DNA from: an uncultured cyanobacterium | GTDB taxonomy: Bacteria > Cyanobacteriota > Cyanobacteriia > Cyanobacteriales > CAWUOF01 | Direction: 5' to 3' | Length of the DNA: 64,000 nt | Assembly: GCA_963744145.1 (NCBI GenBank) | Contig: CAVUSO010000001.1 | Coordinates: 4,346,943 to 4,410,942, forward strand | Shown here: positions 26,694 through 37,600 of the stretch, one piece after another | Layout of the letters: every line of letters starts with the position of its first letter | Numbering within the stretch: position 1 is the stretch's first letter | Notes under the pieces: generated by a model | Seen by the model: only the letters and a program-made list of their open reading frames with translations | Databases searched by the model: none | What the model was told of the DNA's origin: nothing | Translations under genes and position numbers: made by a program

Positions 26694-28039
26694 GTAGGGG
26701 CAAAGCATTTCGGCGCAGAAATTATTGCCTTAACACCGAAAACTATGACCGAAATGCTTTGCCCTCAGCCATACCTGCATCCAACCGATCGACCAAATCA
26801 ACCCATATCTGCATTCAAGCGATCAACTAAATCAACCAATAGTTGGAAAATCGTCGCGGGAGCTGGCCTAATTATTTCCTCCTTAACAATTATCGCGGGG
26901 GCTGGGCGAAGCATTCCCCAATTAAATTTATCCATGACCTGATCAGTGATCGTGGGGAATGCTTCGCCCCTACGGCGATCGCCCTTCTTTTCCATCAACC
27001 TAAAACAGAATTTGAGCCGTCTTTGTAGGGGCAAAGCATTTCGGCGCAGAAATCATGACTTTAACCCCGAAAATTATGACCGAAATGCTTTGCCCTCAGC
27101 CAGGTCTGCATCCAACCGATCGACCAAATCAACCCATATCTGCATCCAACCGATCGACCAAATCAACCCATATCTGCATTCAAGCGATCGACCAAATCAA
27201 CCCATATCTGCATCCAATCGATCGACCAAATCAACCCATATCTGCATTCAAGCGATCAACTAAATCAACCAATAGTTGGAAAATCGTCGCGGGAGCTGGC
27301 CTAATTATTTCCTCCTTAACAATTATCGCGGGGGCTGGGCGAAGCATTCCCCAATTAAATTTATCCATGACCTGATTAGTGATCGTGGGGAATGCTTCGC
27401 CCCTACGGCGATCGCCCTTCTTTTCCATCAACCTAAAACAGAATTTGAGCCGTCTTTGTAGGGGCAAAGCATTTCGGCGAAAAAATCATGACTTTAACGC
27501 CGAAAATTATGACCGAAATGCTTTGCCCTCAGCCAGGTCTGCATCCAACCGATCGACCAAATCAACCCATATCTGCATCCAATCGATCGACCAAATCAAC
27601 CCATATCTGCATTCAAGCGATCAACTAAATCAACCAATAGTTGGAAAATCGTCGCGGGAGCTGGCCTAATTATTTCCTCCTTAACAATTATCGCGGGGGC
27701 TGGGCGAAGCATTCCCCAATTAAATTTATCCATGACCTGATCAGTGATCGTGGGGAATGCTTCGCCCCTACGGCGATCGCCCTTCTTTTCCATCAACCTA
27801 AAACAGAATTTGAGCCGTCTTTGTAGGGGCAAAGCATTTCGGCGCAGAAATCATGACTTTAACGCCGAAAATTATGACCGAAATGCTTTGCCCTCAGCCA
27901 GGTCTGCATCCAACCGATCGACCAAATCAACCCATATCTGCATCCAACCGATCGACCAAATCAACCCATATCTGCATCCAACCGATCGACCAAATCAACC
28001 CATATCTGCATCCAATCGATCGACCAAATCAACCAACAG
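26694..28039. repeat. nested repeat array: 4 higher-order units (331, 433, 365 and a partial 217 bp), each holding 2, 5, 3 and 4 copies of a 34-bp tandem repeat
   Basis: Each unit has three parts. Hairpin A is GGGGCAAAGCATTTCGGCG...CCGAAATGCTTTGCCC. The 34-mer is CTGCATCCAACCGATCGACCAAATCAACCCATAT repeated n times. Hairpin B is GGGCGAAGCATTCCCC-N34-GGGGAATGCTTCGCCC. Unit starts are 26694, 27025, 27458 and 27823. Confidence 0.9.
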
Positions 28040-28096
28040 TTTTAGAATTATAGCGTGGTATAATCAGGATAAATTCACTCGATCGAAGACAGAACT

Positions 28097-28411
28097 ATGA
28101 CAGATGAAGAGTTAAAAAAACTCGTAGAAAGTAATGCTCGTGCTATTCAAGCACTGACCGATACAGTTAATTCTTTTAGTCATCAAGTTTCCGGAAGAAT
28201 GGAACAGTTTGACCAAAGAATAGACCATTTGCTGCAATTAGCGGAGCAAGCACAAGCAGAACGAGAAGAACTCCGTCAAGCCACCATAGGAATTGCTAAC
28301 CTGCTTGCGGCTCTTGATCAAGATCGTCCTACAATTCTCAAGCGTTTAACATCGATCGAGACCAAAATAGACCAAATTTTGGAAAAAAATCAATTTGGCA
28401 ATAATGAATGA
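28097..28411 (+). CDS. hypothetical coiled-coil protein
   Basis: 104-aa ORF with a heptad-like sequence. Confidence 0.4.
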   Translation: MTDEELKKLVESNARAIQALTDTVNSFSHQVSGRMEQFDQRIDHLLQLAEQAQAEREELRQATIGIANLLAALDQDRPTILKRLTSIETKIDQILEKNQFGNNE

Positions 28412-28761
28412 AAATAAGTTGCCCTAGTCTGCTCTATCATCAACCTGTCATAACTATGGAAATATTCCAATTAAACCTTCACAGTTAACAATATAGTGCG
28501 CGATCGCTTTATTACAATTAATGCAAAAAGTTAATTAAAATTGTGCTGATACTCTCAAGGCAATGCAATCTCTGAAGCGTCGATTTTTATTGGAAGAAGT
28601 ACAGAAAGGAAAAGAATTTTTGTTTGAATTAGACCTAGTTATAAAAAATTATGTGAAAAGTCGCTTTTTAGGAAAATAGATATCTAAATTACCCATCAGG
28701 AAAACTAGAAACGCCCTAATTTGATTATAATCTGTAAAGAAATGACTGGAGAATACTTTTC

Positions 28762-29820
28762 ATGGATCTGGTGGCACTCCAGAACTGGCTGGATAATTGC
28801 TCGTTTGCGGTTCTGTTCCTCACCATGTTGATTTATTGGTCAGGGACAGCTTTTCCCCAAATTCCTTATTTTTCGACCCTTGGCTCGACTGGAATGGCGA
28901 TCGCAAATCTCTGTATCGCTACTTTATTAGGTGCTAGGTGGATCGAAGCAGGTTACTTTCCTTTGAGTAATCTTTATGAATCCCTCTTTTTTCTCACCTG
29001 GGGAATTACTACCATCCATCTCATTGCCGAAAATATGAGTCGGAGTCGCTTGGTGGGAGTAGCTACTGCACCGATCGCGATGGCAATTACTGCTTTTGCA
29101 ACTTTGACTCTACCAACAGAAATGCAGTCATCGGCTCCCTTAGTCCCAGCTTTGAAGTCTAATTGGCTGATGATGCACGTCAGTGTGATGATGCTCAGTT
29201 ATGCTACCTTAATCGTCGGGTCTCTCTTAGCGATCGCCTTTTTGATCGTTACCCGTGGTCAAAATATTGAACTCAGGGGTAGTTCGATCGGGACGGGTGC
29301 TTATCGTAATCACCATAATCGATCGCCAAAGTTAGAAAACCCATCAACATTTTCTTTAACCTCTCTCCCAGTAACTACCATCAATGGTGCAACAGCCAGC
29401 GGTGTTAGTTTGGCTGAAAATAATGGTAGTCAGAAAACCGCAGTTTTAGATTTGTTCACTACTGGGCACTCCGAACCATCGATCCTTTCTCCCCAACGTC
29501 TCAGTTTAGCAGAAACCCTAGATAACATCAGCTATCGGATTATTGGATTGGGATTTCCCCTCTTAACCATTGGGATTATTGCTGGTGGGGTGTGGGCTAA
29601 CGAAGCTTGGGGATCTTACTGGAGCTGGGACCCAAAAGAGACTTGGGCTTTAATTACTTGGCTAGTATTTGCCGCTTATCTTCACGCTCGAATCACCCGT
29701 GGTTGGCAAGGACGAAAACCAGCTATTTTAGCAACTACTGGCTTTTTTGTGGTTTGGGTTTGCTATCTAGGAGTTAATCTTTTAGGCAAAGGATTACATT
29801 CTTACGGTTGGTTTTTCTAA
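28762..29820 (+). CDS. ccsA: cytochrome c biogenesis protein CcsA (system II)
   Basis: [18 protein letters not shown] tryptophan-rich (WWD) motif and multiple TM segments. Confidence 0.9.
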   Translation: MDLVALQNWLDNCSFAVLFLTMLIYWSGTAFPQIPYFSTLGSTGMAIANLCIATLLGARWIEAGYFPLSNLYESLFFLTWGITTIHLIAENMSRSRLVGVATAPIAMAITAFATLTLPTEMQSSAPLVPALKSNWLMMHVSVMMLSYATLIVGSLLAIAFLIVTRGQNIELRGSSIGTGAYRNHHNRSPKLENPSTFSLTSLPVTTINGATASGVSLAENNGSQKTAVLDLFTTGHSEPSILSPQRLSLAETLDNISYRIIGLGFPLLTIGIIAGGVWANEAWGSYWSWDPKETWALITWLVFAAYLHARITRGWQGRKPAILATTGFFVVWVCYLGVNLLGKGLHSYGWFF

Positions 29821-29837
29821 CCTTTTACTGGTCAGCT

Positions 29838-29892
29838 CACCAATTTTAGATTTGATCTTTGGTCGATCGCTATTTAAAATCTAAAATCGGTG
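29838..29892. terminator. 16-bp stem hairpin downstream of ccsA
   Basis: CACCAATTTTAGATTT-N23-AAATCTAAAATCGGTG (one mismatch), 18 nt after the ccsA stop. There is no clear T-run. Confidence 0.35.
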
Positions 29893-29931
29893 GCTGGCTG
29901 ATTCTTGCCAATTTTACTAGGGACACTTAAC

Positions 29932-30228
29932 ATGGAAAATCAACCTGAATTGCTAAATATCGATGATGTTTTATCAACAAGTGCTAGTAATATCATGTTT
30001 CAATGCACTTTTAAAATCGGCGAATTTATGGCAATAATTAAGGAAAAATTAGGAGAAGAAGAAAATTTTTTTACCGAAGGTGTAGACTGTGAAATCCTCA
30101 GACCTGGTAAAAACTGGCAAAAAGGTAAAGTGAAAATGCGCCTAGAGTTTTATCCAGATGAACCTAAAGATATTCCTCCTGAGCAGAGTGATTCTGCTTA
30201 TTCCCAAATACCCATTAATCTTGAATAA
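29932..30228 (+). CDS. KGK domain protein
   Basis: GKNWQKGKVKMRLEFYPDEP contains the KGK motif of this cyanobacterial family. Confidence 0.55.
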   Translation: MENQPELLNIDDVLSTSASNIMFQCTFKIGEFMAIIKEKLGEEENFFTEGVDCEILRPGKNWQKGKVKMRLEFYPDEPKDIPPEQSDSAYSQIPINLE

Positions 30229-30271
30229 GCAATTAACGGGAGGTATATAGTCTATATCTCCCTAGCAAATT

Positions 30272-31075
30272 CTATTTGGCTAAGGGTAAATCGAGCAAAT
30301 TATGTGATTGTTTGCGTTTTAGCTGGGAAATTTCCAATTTGGGATTACTAGGGACAAGACTTAATACTGGTGTTGATTTCCGGACTGGAGGAGCAGTAAT
30401 TTCTTGCACGGAAAAACTTTTGACTACACCAGAATAACCCGAAAACCAATCTTCTCCTGAGTTTACGCTTGGTTGTAAGTATAAACTTGTCCACTGATGA
30501 ACTTCGGGATGATTATGTAATTGAGTCAGTAAATCAGCAATTTGATTGGCTTTAAGTAACTCTAGGAATCTCTGCAACTCTTCATCGGTCAGGTTGCTAG
30601 CTTGCATACCTGTATAGAATTTACCAAAATGATGATTAGTATTTAATCCCGAATAGTAAATCCCAAATTTTACTTCTTGAATATTGGTATTTTTTTTCAG
30701 ATCAGTACGGGAATCTAATTCAATAAAACCGACTATATCTAACTCATCTGAACTGATTAAAGGAAAAGGACCACCTTGTAAACGTGCAAAGGAGTTACCT
30801 GTGATATTCTGACGATAGGATTCACCAACGCTAGTTGGACTTCGATCAGTTGTCACCATTAGCTCTTTACACCGCAAATCTGCACCAAATATCCCAATCA
30901 CCGCTGGAGACAAAGTTCCTGATTCATAGTCAACCGACCCTGTAGATGAGTCGTGACAGTACCAAGTCCATTGTAAATCAATGTCTAGCACAAAGGAGGT
31001 TTCTGGATCTGTGACAGATCGATCTACCTGCACAACTTTGTCTTCTAACCTTTCTAGTTCATTGAGGGTCTTCAT
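30272..31075 (-). CDS. hypothetical protein
   Basis: 267-aa ORF with no recognised family. Confidence 0.4.
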   Translation of the reverse strand: MKTLNELERLEDKVVQVDRSVTDPETSFVLDIDLQWTWYCHDSSTGSVDYESGTLSPAVIGIFGADLRCKELMVTTDRSPTSVGESYRQNITGNSFARLQGGPFPLISSDELDIVGFIELDSRTDLKKNTNIQEVKFGIYYSGLNTNHHFGKFYTGMQASNLTDEELQRFLELLKANQIADLLTQLHNHPEVHQWTSLYLQPSVNSGEDWFSGYSGVVKSFSVQEITAPPVRKSTPVLSLVPSNPKLEISQLKRKQSHNLLDLPLAK

Positions 31076-31158
31076 AAAACTTTCTTAAAGGATTATTACT
31101 ATCTTAAGTAGATTCACATACATATTCAAGCATATTTAGTTAAGATTTGTTAAATTTC

Positions 31159-32142
31159 ATGGTAAATACTGATTTTGGTCGGCATTTGCAGGCAAGACTA
31201 GAAAAAGTTCTGCGATCGCGGCAATTACTTAAGCCTCGTCATCCTATACTGGTAGCCGTATCTGGCGGACAAGATTCTTTATGTTTAATGAAATTGTTGT
31301 TAGACTTACAAGCTAAATGGGAATGGAATTTAGGTATAGCCCACTGCGATCATCGATGGCCCGCTGATGTCGGTAATGCGGACAGAGTGCGAGAAATAGC
31401 GAATAATTGGGAAATTCCCTTTTATTTAGCCACAGCATCTGCTCTTACTACCAGCGAAGGAGCAGCCCGACAATGGCGTTATCAAACTCTACGTGAAATT
31501 GCGGAAATAAATGGTTATAATTACGTAGTGACCGGTCATACAAAAAGCGATCGAGCGGAAACGATTCTCTATCATCTCATTCGTGGTAGTGGGATTGCTG
31601 GACTTTCCACCCTGACATGGAAACGTTCTTTAGCTCCAAATCTAGAGTTAGTACGTCCCCTGTTAGAGATCACTCGGGCTGAAACTGCTCAATTTTGTCA
31701 AGCTGAACAACTAACCATCTGGGAAGATGCTACTAATCAAAACTTACAGTATGCACGTAACCGGATCAGGTTAGAATTATTACCTTATTTAAAAACTAAT
31801 TTTAATCCCCAGGTGGAACATAATCTAGCCCAGACGGGGGAACTTTTGCGAGCAGATCTGGAATATTTAGAACAAATGGCTACAGATTTATGCCAAAAAG
31901 TAATCAGTGAGTCGGATGGAAGCTTAAAATTGAATCGGATGATCCTCAAAAATGCTCATCTCGCTTTACAACGTCGAGTCATGCAGCAAATATTACAGAA
32001 AATATTACCTGCTGCACCTAACTATGAACATATCGAAAAACTAACTGCTTTAATTTCTGCCCCTAATCGTTCCCGCACTGACCCTTTTCCTGGTGGAGCG
32101 ATCGCCCAAGTTAACGGGGAATGGATCTATATTTTACCCTAG
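31159..32142 (+). CDS. tilS: tRNA(Ile)-lysidine synthetase
   Basis: PP-loop VAVSGGQDSLCL and GHTKSDRAET. Confidence 0.9.
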   Translation: MVNTDFGRHLQARLEKVLRSRQLLKPRHPILVAVSGGQDSLCLMKLLLDLQAKWEWNLGIAHCDHRWPADVGNADRVREIANNWEIPFYLATASALTTSEGAARQWRYQTLREIAEINGYNYVVTGHTKSDRAETILYHLIRGSGIAGLSTLTWKRSLAPNLELVRPLLEITRAETAQFCQAEQLTIWEDATNQNLQYARNRIRLELLPYLKTNFNPQVEHNLAQTGELLRADLEYLEQMATDLCQKVISESDGSLKLNRMILKNAHLALQRRVMQQILQKILPAAPNYEHIEKLTALISAPNRSRTDPFPGGAIAQVNGEWIYILP

Positions 32143-32199
32143 CATTACCACCAACCAAAACATTATCTTGGAGTATACGACTAACCGCGTCTAATAATT

Positions 32200-32460
32200 C
32201 AATCCGGTTCAGTTAACTGTAGGGGTGAAGCATTCGGGCGATAATTGAACAATCAAGCCAGTAACATTATATCCGAATGCTTCACCCTTCTTCTGCGCCG
32301 AGATATCAAAAACATTCTTAACTGAATGTATTTTAATGTATAGTTGATCTGTTGGCTGCATAGATATGAGGGCAAAGCATTTCGGTAATATTATTCTTCG
32401 CTTAAGCTATCATTTATTTGCCGAAATGCTTTGCCCCTACAAGTTAACTGAATCGGATTG
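32200..32460. mobile_element. composite palindromic MITE, copy 2
   Basis: CAATCCGGTTCAGTTAACTGTAGGGG ... CCCCTACAAGTTAACTGAATCGGATTG, with the same two internal hairpins as copy 1. Confidence 0.75.
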
Positions 32461-32484
32461 AGTTATAATTAATTATTGGCTCAA

Positions 32485-34539
32485 TTATTCACTCAAACTT
32501 TCTTGTAGCATCCGACCAGCCGCATCTAACAAGACCTCTTCTAAATAAGGTTTAGTAAAGTAACCACTTGCTCCTAATTCTATTGCCATTTGTCGATGTT
32601 TATCAGCACCCCGGGAAGTTAACATCGCGATCGGTAATTTACCTAATACCGGATCATTCTGAAGACGAGATAATAATTCTAACCCATCCATTCGAGGCAT
32701 TTCTATATCACAGAATACCAGATCACAATTTAGTCCTGAGCGCAGTTTTTCCCAAGCTTCTTGACCATTTCGAGCTTGTTCCACTCGATACCCAGCTTTA
32801 TTAAAAGTCATCGATAACATTTCCCGGACTGTAATAGAATCATCCACAACTAAAACAGTAGGATTAGTCGGATTCTCATCAATCATAGAAACTATCTGAT
32901 CTTGATTCCAACTCCAACGATCTTCACGACGAATCCGTCCTAGAGCTAAATCAATCAGTTCTAAAACATCTGCGATCGGCACAATTTGACCATCCCCCAT
33001 TACCGTAGCACCTACAATTCCCAAGGGTTTAGGTACTGGACCTTCAAGTTGTTTAATAACTATTTCTTTTTCTCCTAAAAACTGATCAACTTGAACCGCG
33101 AGCAAAGTTTCAGCATTGCGTAAAATCACGATCGATATTTTATCATCGTTATTGCTACTCCAATAACCGCGACCGAAAGGACGATGATAAGTCAGGAGTT
33201 CTTTCAGTGGTCGAAAAGGGAGTTCTCGATCGCGCCAAAAAATACAGGTTTTACCTTCAGAATTAACTTTAATCTGAGTTGGGGGAATCTTCATCATATC
33301 TTCTACCCCATCAATTGGAAAAGCAATCTGAGCTTTGTCACTGATACAATAAAGCACTTTAGAAATATTAAAGGTAAGAGGTAGTCGAATCGTAAAAGTA
33401 GTACCTTGACCAGGAGTAGAATCTGTATGAATTACCCCACGTAATTCATGCACATCTTCTCGGACTACATTCATCCCCATTCCACGACCAGAAATTAAAT
33501 CTACTTCATCATTGGTACTAAATTCTGGATAGAATAACAGCTCATAAATATCCAAACGAGACATAATATGTGCTTGTTCAGGTGTAATTAATTCCTGTTT
33601 AATTGCTTTTACTTTTACTCGTTCTAGATCAATACCCGCTCCATCATCAGTACAGGAAATTACAGTTTGGTTCCCTTGATAACCAGCGCGAATCGTAATC
33701 CGACCTTTAGGGGGTTTTCCTTGTTGCTTTCTAATCTCTGGTAATTCAATCCCATGCGCGATCGCATTATTAACTAAGTGAGTTAATGAAGCGGAAAGCT
33801 CTTCGAGGATCATCTTATCAATTAAGGTATCTTCACCTTCAATTTGCAATTCGATTTGTTTTCCCTTTCGCTCCGCAATTTCCTGACAACCGAGTTTTAA
33901 TTTACTCGAGATTTGGGAAAAAGGTTGCATTCGCGATCGGGTTAATCCTTCTTGGAGTTGGGTAGTTACTTGTCGGAGTTGTTTACTTACCTGATCAGAA
34001 CCATCTACTAAAAACTCAATATCAGCAGCAGATTCTCGCACTCTGACCATTAATTCAATAATTTCCTGAGATAAACTATGAAATGGTGTAAATCGATCCA
34101 TTTCTAACACATCCCATTGGTCAGATTGATGACTAACTTCTTTCTGACTCCAACGATTTTTTTCAGGTTGAGATATGAGGTGACGTCCGGTTTTGCGACT
34201 TGACAATAAGGAAGTTTCTAACAGCGATCGCTCATACAAATCTTGCATTCTTTGGGAAACATCACTGAGCTGACTGACCTGAATCAATAAATTATCTAAA
34301 AACTGTCTTAACCTTTCCTGATCCTGTTCTAAACTATTACGATTAACTACCAACTCCCCAACTAAGTTGCTCATGTTATCCAATTGTTTAATTGGCACTC
34401 TCATGATCTGGTCATTCAGCTTTTTCTTTTTCGGTGCTGGTAATAAACAGCGTCGATAGAGTTGATTTTTTAAGTTACCTTCATCAATCAAATTTTCCAG
34501 ATCATCCCATTGACTCTCATCAGTTTGGTTATTAGTCAT
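32485..34539 (-). CDS. Hpt-less CheA-like hybrid kinase (dimerisation, HATPase, CheW-like, REC)
   Basis: 684 aa, collinear with and highly similar to residues ~940-1632 of the upstream 1632-aa CheA. Motifs HLVNNAIAHGIE, DDGAGID and GRGMGMNVV, plus a C-terminal REC (VLVVDDSITVRE...DIEMPRMDG). There is no HSxKG Hpt motif. Confidence 0.8.
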   Translation of the reverse strand: MTNNQTDESQWDDLENLIDEGNLKNQLYRRCLLPAPKKKKLNDQIMRVPIKQLDNMSNLVGELVVNRNSLEQDQERLRQFLDNLLIQVSQLSDVSQRMQDLYERSLLETSLLSSRKTGRHLISQPEKNRWSQKEVSHQSDQWDVLEMDRFTPFHSLSQEIIELMVRVRESAADIEFLVDGSDQVSKQLRQVTTQLQEGLTRSRMQPFSQISSKLKLGCQEIAERKGKQIELQIEGEDTLIDKMILEELSASLTHLVNNAIAHGIELPEIRKQQGKPPKGRITIRAGYQGNQTVISCTDDGAGIDLERVKVKAIKQELITPEQAHIMSRLDIYELLFYPEFSTNDEVDLISGRGMGMNVVREDVHELRGVIHTDSTPGQGTTFTIRLPLTFNISKVLYCISDKAQIAFPIDGVEDMMKIPPTQIKVNSEGKTCIFWRDRELPFRPLKELLTYHRPFGRGYWSSNNDDKISIVILRNAETLLAVQVDQFLGEKEIVIKQLEGPVPKPLGIVGATVMGDGQIVPIADVLELIDLALGRIRREDRWSWNQDQIVSMIDENPTNPTVLVVDDSITVREMLSMTFNKAGYRVEQARNGQEAWEKLRSGLNCDLVFCDIEMPRMDGLELLSRLQNDPVLGKLPIAMLTSRGADKHRQMAIELGASGYFTKPYLEEVLLDAAGRMLQESLSE

Positions 34540-34650
34540 AGTTATGCAATCCCTGAAATCTCTGGGTTATGTAGATGATTATTTTGGAACAAAGGGATCA
34601 GATGTCAGGGAAATTACACCTTCAATCAGATCCCCCAGACCTGACACCGA

Positions 34651-37600
34651 TTAAGTTGCACTAGCACTACCTACTAATACTTCACCCTTAAGCATCCGAC
34701 TCGCTGCGTCTAATAAAGCTTCTTCTAAATAAGGTTTAGTAAAGTAGCCATTAGCTCCCATTTGAATTGCCATTTGTCGATGTTTGTCTGCACCACGGGA
34801 AGTTAACATCGCGATCGGTAATTCACTGAGTTGAGGATCTTTCTGGAGACGAGATAATAATTCCAATCCATCCATCCGAGGCATTTCAATATCGCAGAAT
34901 ACTATGTCACAAGGTAGTCCGGAGCGCAGTTTTTCCCAAGCTTCTTGACCATCACGCGCTTGTTCGACTCGATATCCAGCTTTATTAAATGTCATTGACA
35001 GTAGCTCACGCACGGTAATCGAATCATCGACAATTAATACTGTTGGTTCAGCTTTGTGATCTTCCGCGGCTTCGCTCTGCATTTGGATGTGATCTTGTTC
35101 CCACATCCGTCGATCTTCACGACGAATTCGTCCGAGAGCTAAATCAATTAATTCCAATACATCTGCGATCGGTACAATTCGACCATCCCCCATCACCGTA
35201 GCACCAGCAATTCCGACTGGTTTCGGTACGGGACCTTCAAGTTGTTTAATTACGATTTCTTGTTCCCCCATCGCTTGATCCACTTGGACCGCCAGAAAGG
35301 TGCCAGCACTTCGCAACACAATCACATCAATAGTCTCTTCATCATTGCTAGCGCCCCCATAAATACTACCCCGACCAATATAGCGATTATAAGCTAGTAG
35401 TTCTTTCAGTGGTTGGAACGGCATTTGTTGATCGCGCCAAGGAATACAAGGTTGATTTTCCGCATTCACCTTAATCCGTTCCTTGCTAATTTTGATGATA
35501 TCTTCTACCCCATCCATCGGGAAAGCAATCCGCGCTTTATCACTGATACAACATAGAGCTTTAGAAATACTTAGGGTTAAAGGAAGACGGATCGTAAACG
35601 TAGTACCTTTACCCATCGTCGAGTCAGTATTAATTACCCCACGAATCTTATTCACGTTATCTAAGACTACATTCATCCCCACCCCACGACCGGAAATAGA
35701 ATTTACCTCATCATTGGTACTAAATCCCGGATGGAAAAGAATGTCATATACATCTAAACGAGACATGGTTTTTGCTTGTTCGGGGGTAATTAGTCTCTTT
35801 TCCATAGCTTTAACTTTTACCCGCTCGATATCAATCCCAGCACCATCATCAGAAAATGCGATTACGGTTTGGTTACCTTGGTGGAAAGCTCGAATTGTAA
35901 TTCGACCTATAGGGGGTTTTCCTTTCGCAACTCGTGCTTCTGGGGGTTCAATCCCGTGAGCGATCGCATTATTCATTAAGTGAGTCAATGGATCGGTCAG
36001 TTTCTCCAGGATCATCTTATCAATTAAAGTATCTTTCCCTTCAATTCTTAACTCGGCTTGTTTCCCATTTTCCCCAGCTACTTTCCGACAACCCCGCTCT
36101 AACATATTCGAGATTTGCATAAATGGTTCCATCCGCGATCGGGTTAAACCTTCTTGGAGTTGAGTTGTTACCTGTCGGAGTTGTCGAGTTACTTGATCTG
36201 CTTCATCCACTAAAAATTCAATATCTGCTGCTGATTCCCGGACTCTGACCATTAATTCGATAATTTCTTGAGATAAACTATGAAATGGTGTAAACCGATC
36301 CATTTCTAGCACGTCCCAATCTGAACCGTGATTTCCTGCTGCTTCTTGATTACTATTACTTTTTTCTCCACGAAATGCAGGTCCACGGGGAGCTTTCCGA
36401 CTTGCTAATAGGGAAATTTCTAATAGCGATCGCTCATATAAATCTTGCATTCTTTGGGACACATCACTGAGCTGACTGACCTGAACCAGTAAGTTATCTA
36501 AAAATTGCCTTAAACGTTCCTGATCTTGTTCTAAACTATTGCGGTTGACTACTAACTCCCCAACTAAGTTGCTCATATTATCCAACTGTTTCACGGGGAC
36601 TTTCATAATCTGTTCATTGAACTGTTTGTTCGGACGTGCTTGAGCCGATCGCGGTCTTCCTTGTACTTTCGTTTCACCCCGTTCATCCAGTAATTTTTCC
36701 ATATCACCCCATTCATTCTGATCAGCTTTTGGTTTAGCTGTGGTGGTGATTACTGGTGTTGCTTGCTCAGTTTTCGGTTTAACTGTTTCTTTTGCTCTCG
36801 TAGTTTCTCGGTTGCTGGTGGTGGATTTTTCCACACCTAATAATTTTTCTAATTCAGCAAATATATTGCTGTCAACAGGTTGATTTGCTAACAGTGCTTC
36901 TAATTCGGCAAATTGTGCCCCATTTAATTCTTTTTCAGAATCAATAGTCAGATGGAGCGATTCGGAACTAACATCTACAGGTTGATCAATATCCAATTCG
37001 CTACTAATCAGATCATCTAAGGAAATCTCTGCTGTTTGCTCAGGTAAAACTAACTCATCCTGGTGGGGAAATTCCCATAAATCTGCTCCCATTTCTGTGG
37101 GAGTATCAGTTAACCAATTGTCTGGTAATTCACTGGTTTCTTGTCCAGCAAATAAATCGTCAATCTGATCAGCAAAATTCAGAGTTAGCTCCGGTTCGGA
37201 CTCATCACTTTCTTCCTGCGGTTCATCAAAATCAAAGAAGCTATCTGTCAAACTTTCATCAGCTCCCAAATCGACAGCAAATAGATCATCGACTGCTAGT
37301 TCGGATGATATTTCTGTACTATTTTCATTCTCAAACTCTATTAATTCCAAACTTGAGGGTGATTCACTTTCTAGCGATGTTTCTGGGAAAAAGGAAAAAT
37401 CTGCTTCCGGTTCTGGGGTGGGATTGGTTTGGGCTGAATCGGATATTTCCCAGCTAAATAAATCATTTAATTCTGATTTATCCTCGGTTTCTTCTGTTAA
37501 TTCCAACCAGCTTAAATCCTTACTTTCTTGCTCTTGAGTATCTTCTAACCAATTTTCTGAAGCATCTATTTGGTCAATTTCCAGAGCAATTTCATCTTGG

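Noticed and set aside
27100-28039. 34-bp direct repeats considered as a CRISPR array
   Set aside because: The repeats are directly abutting with no unique spacers, are interrupted by large palindromic units, and no cas genes are nearby.
26745-28100. About a dozen overlapping ORFs of 61-118 aa on both strands, with repeated peptides such as RSTKSTHICIQ and MPLQRRLKFCFRLMEKKGDRRRGEAF
   Set aside because: They are translations of the hairpin and 34-bp repeat array. The same peptides recur only because the DNA repeats, they overlap in several frames, and they have no starts or RBS context.
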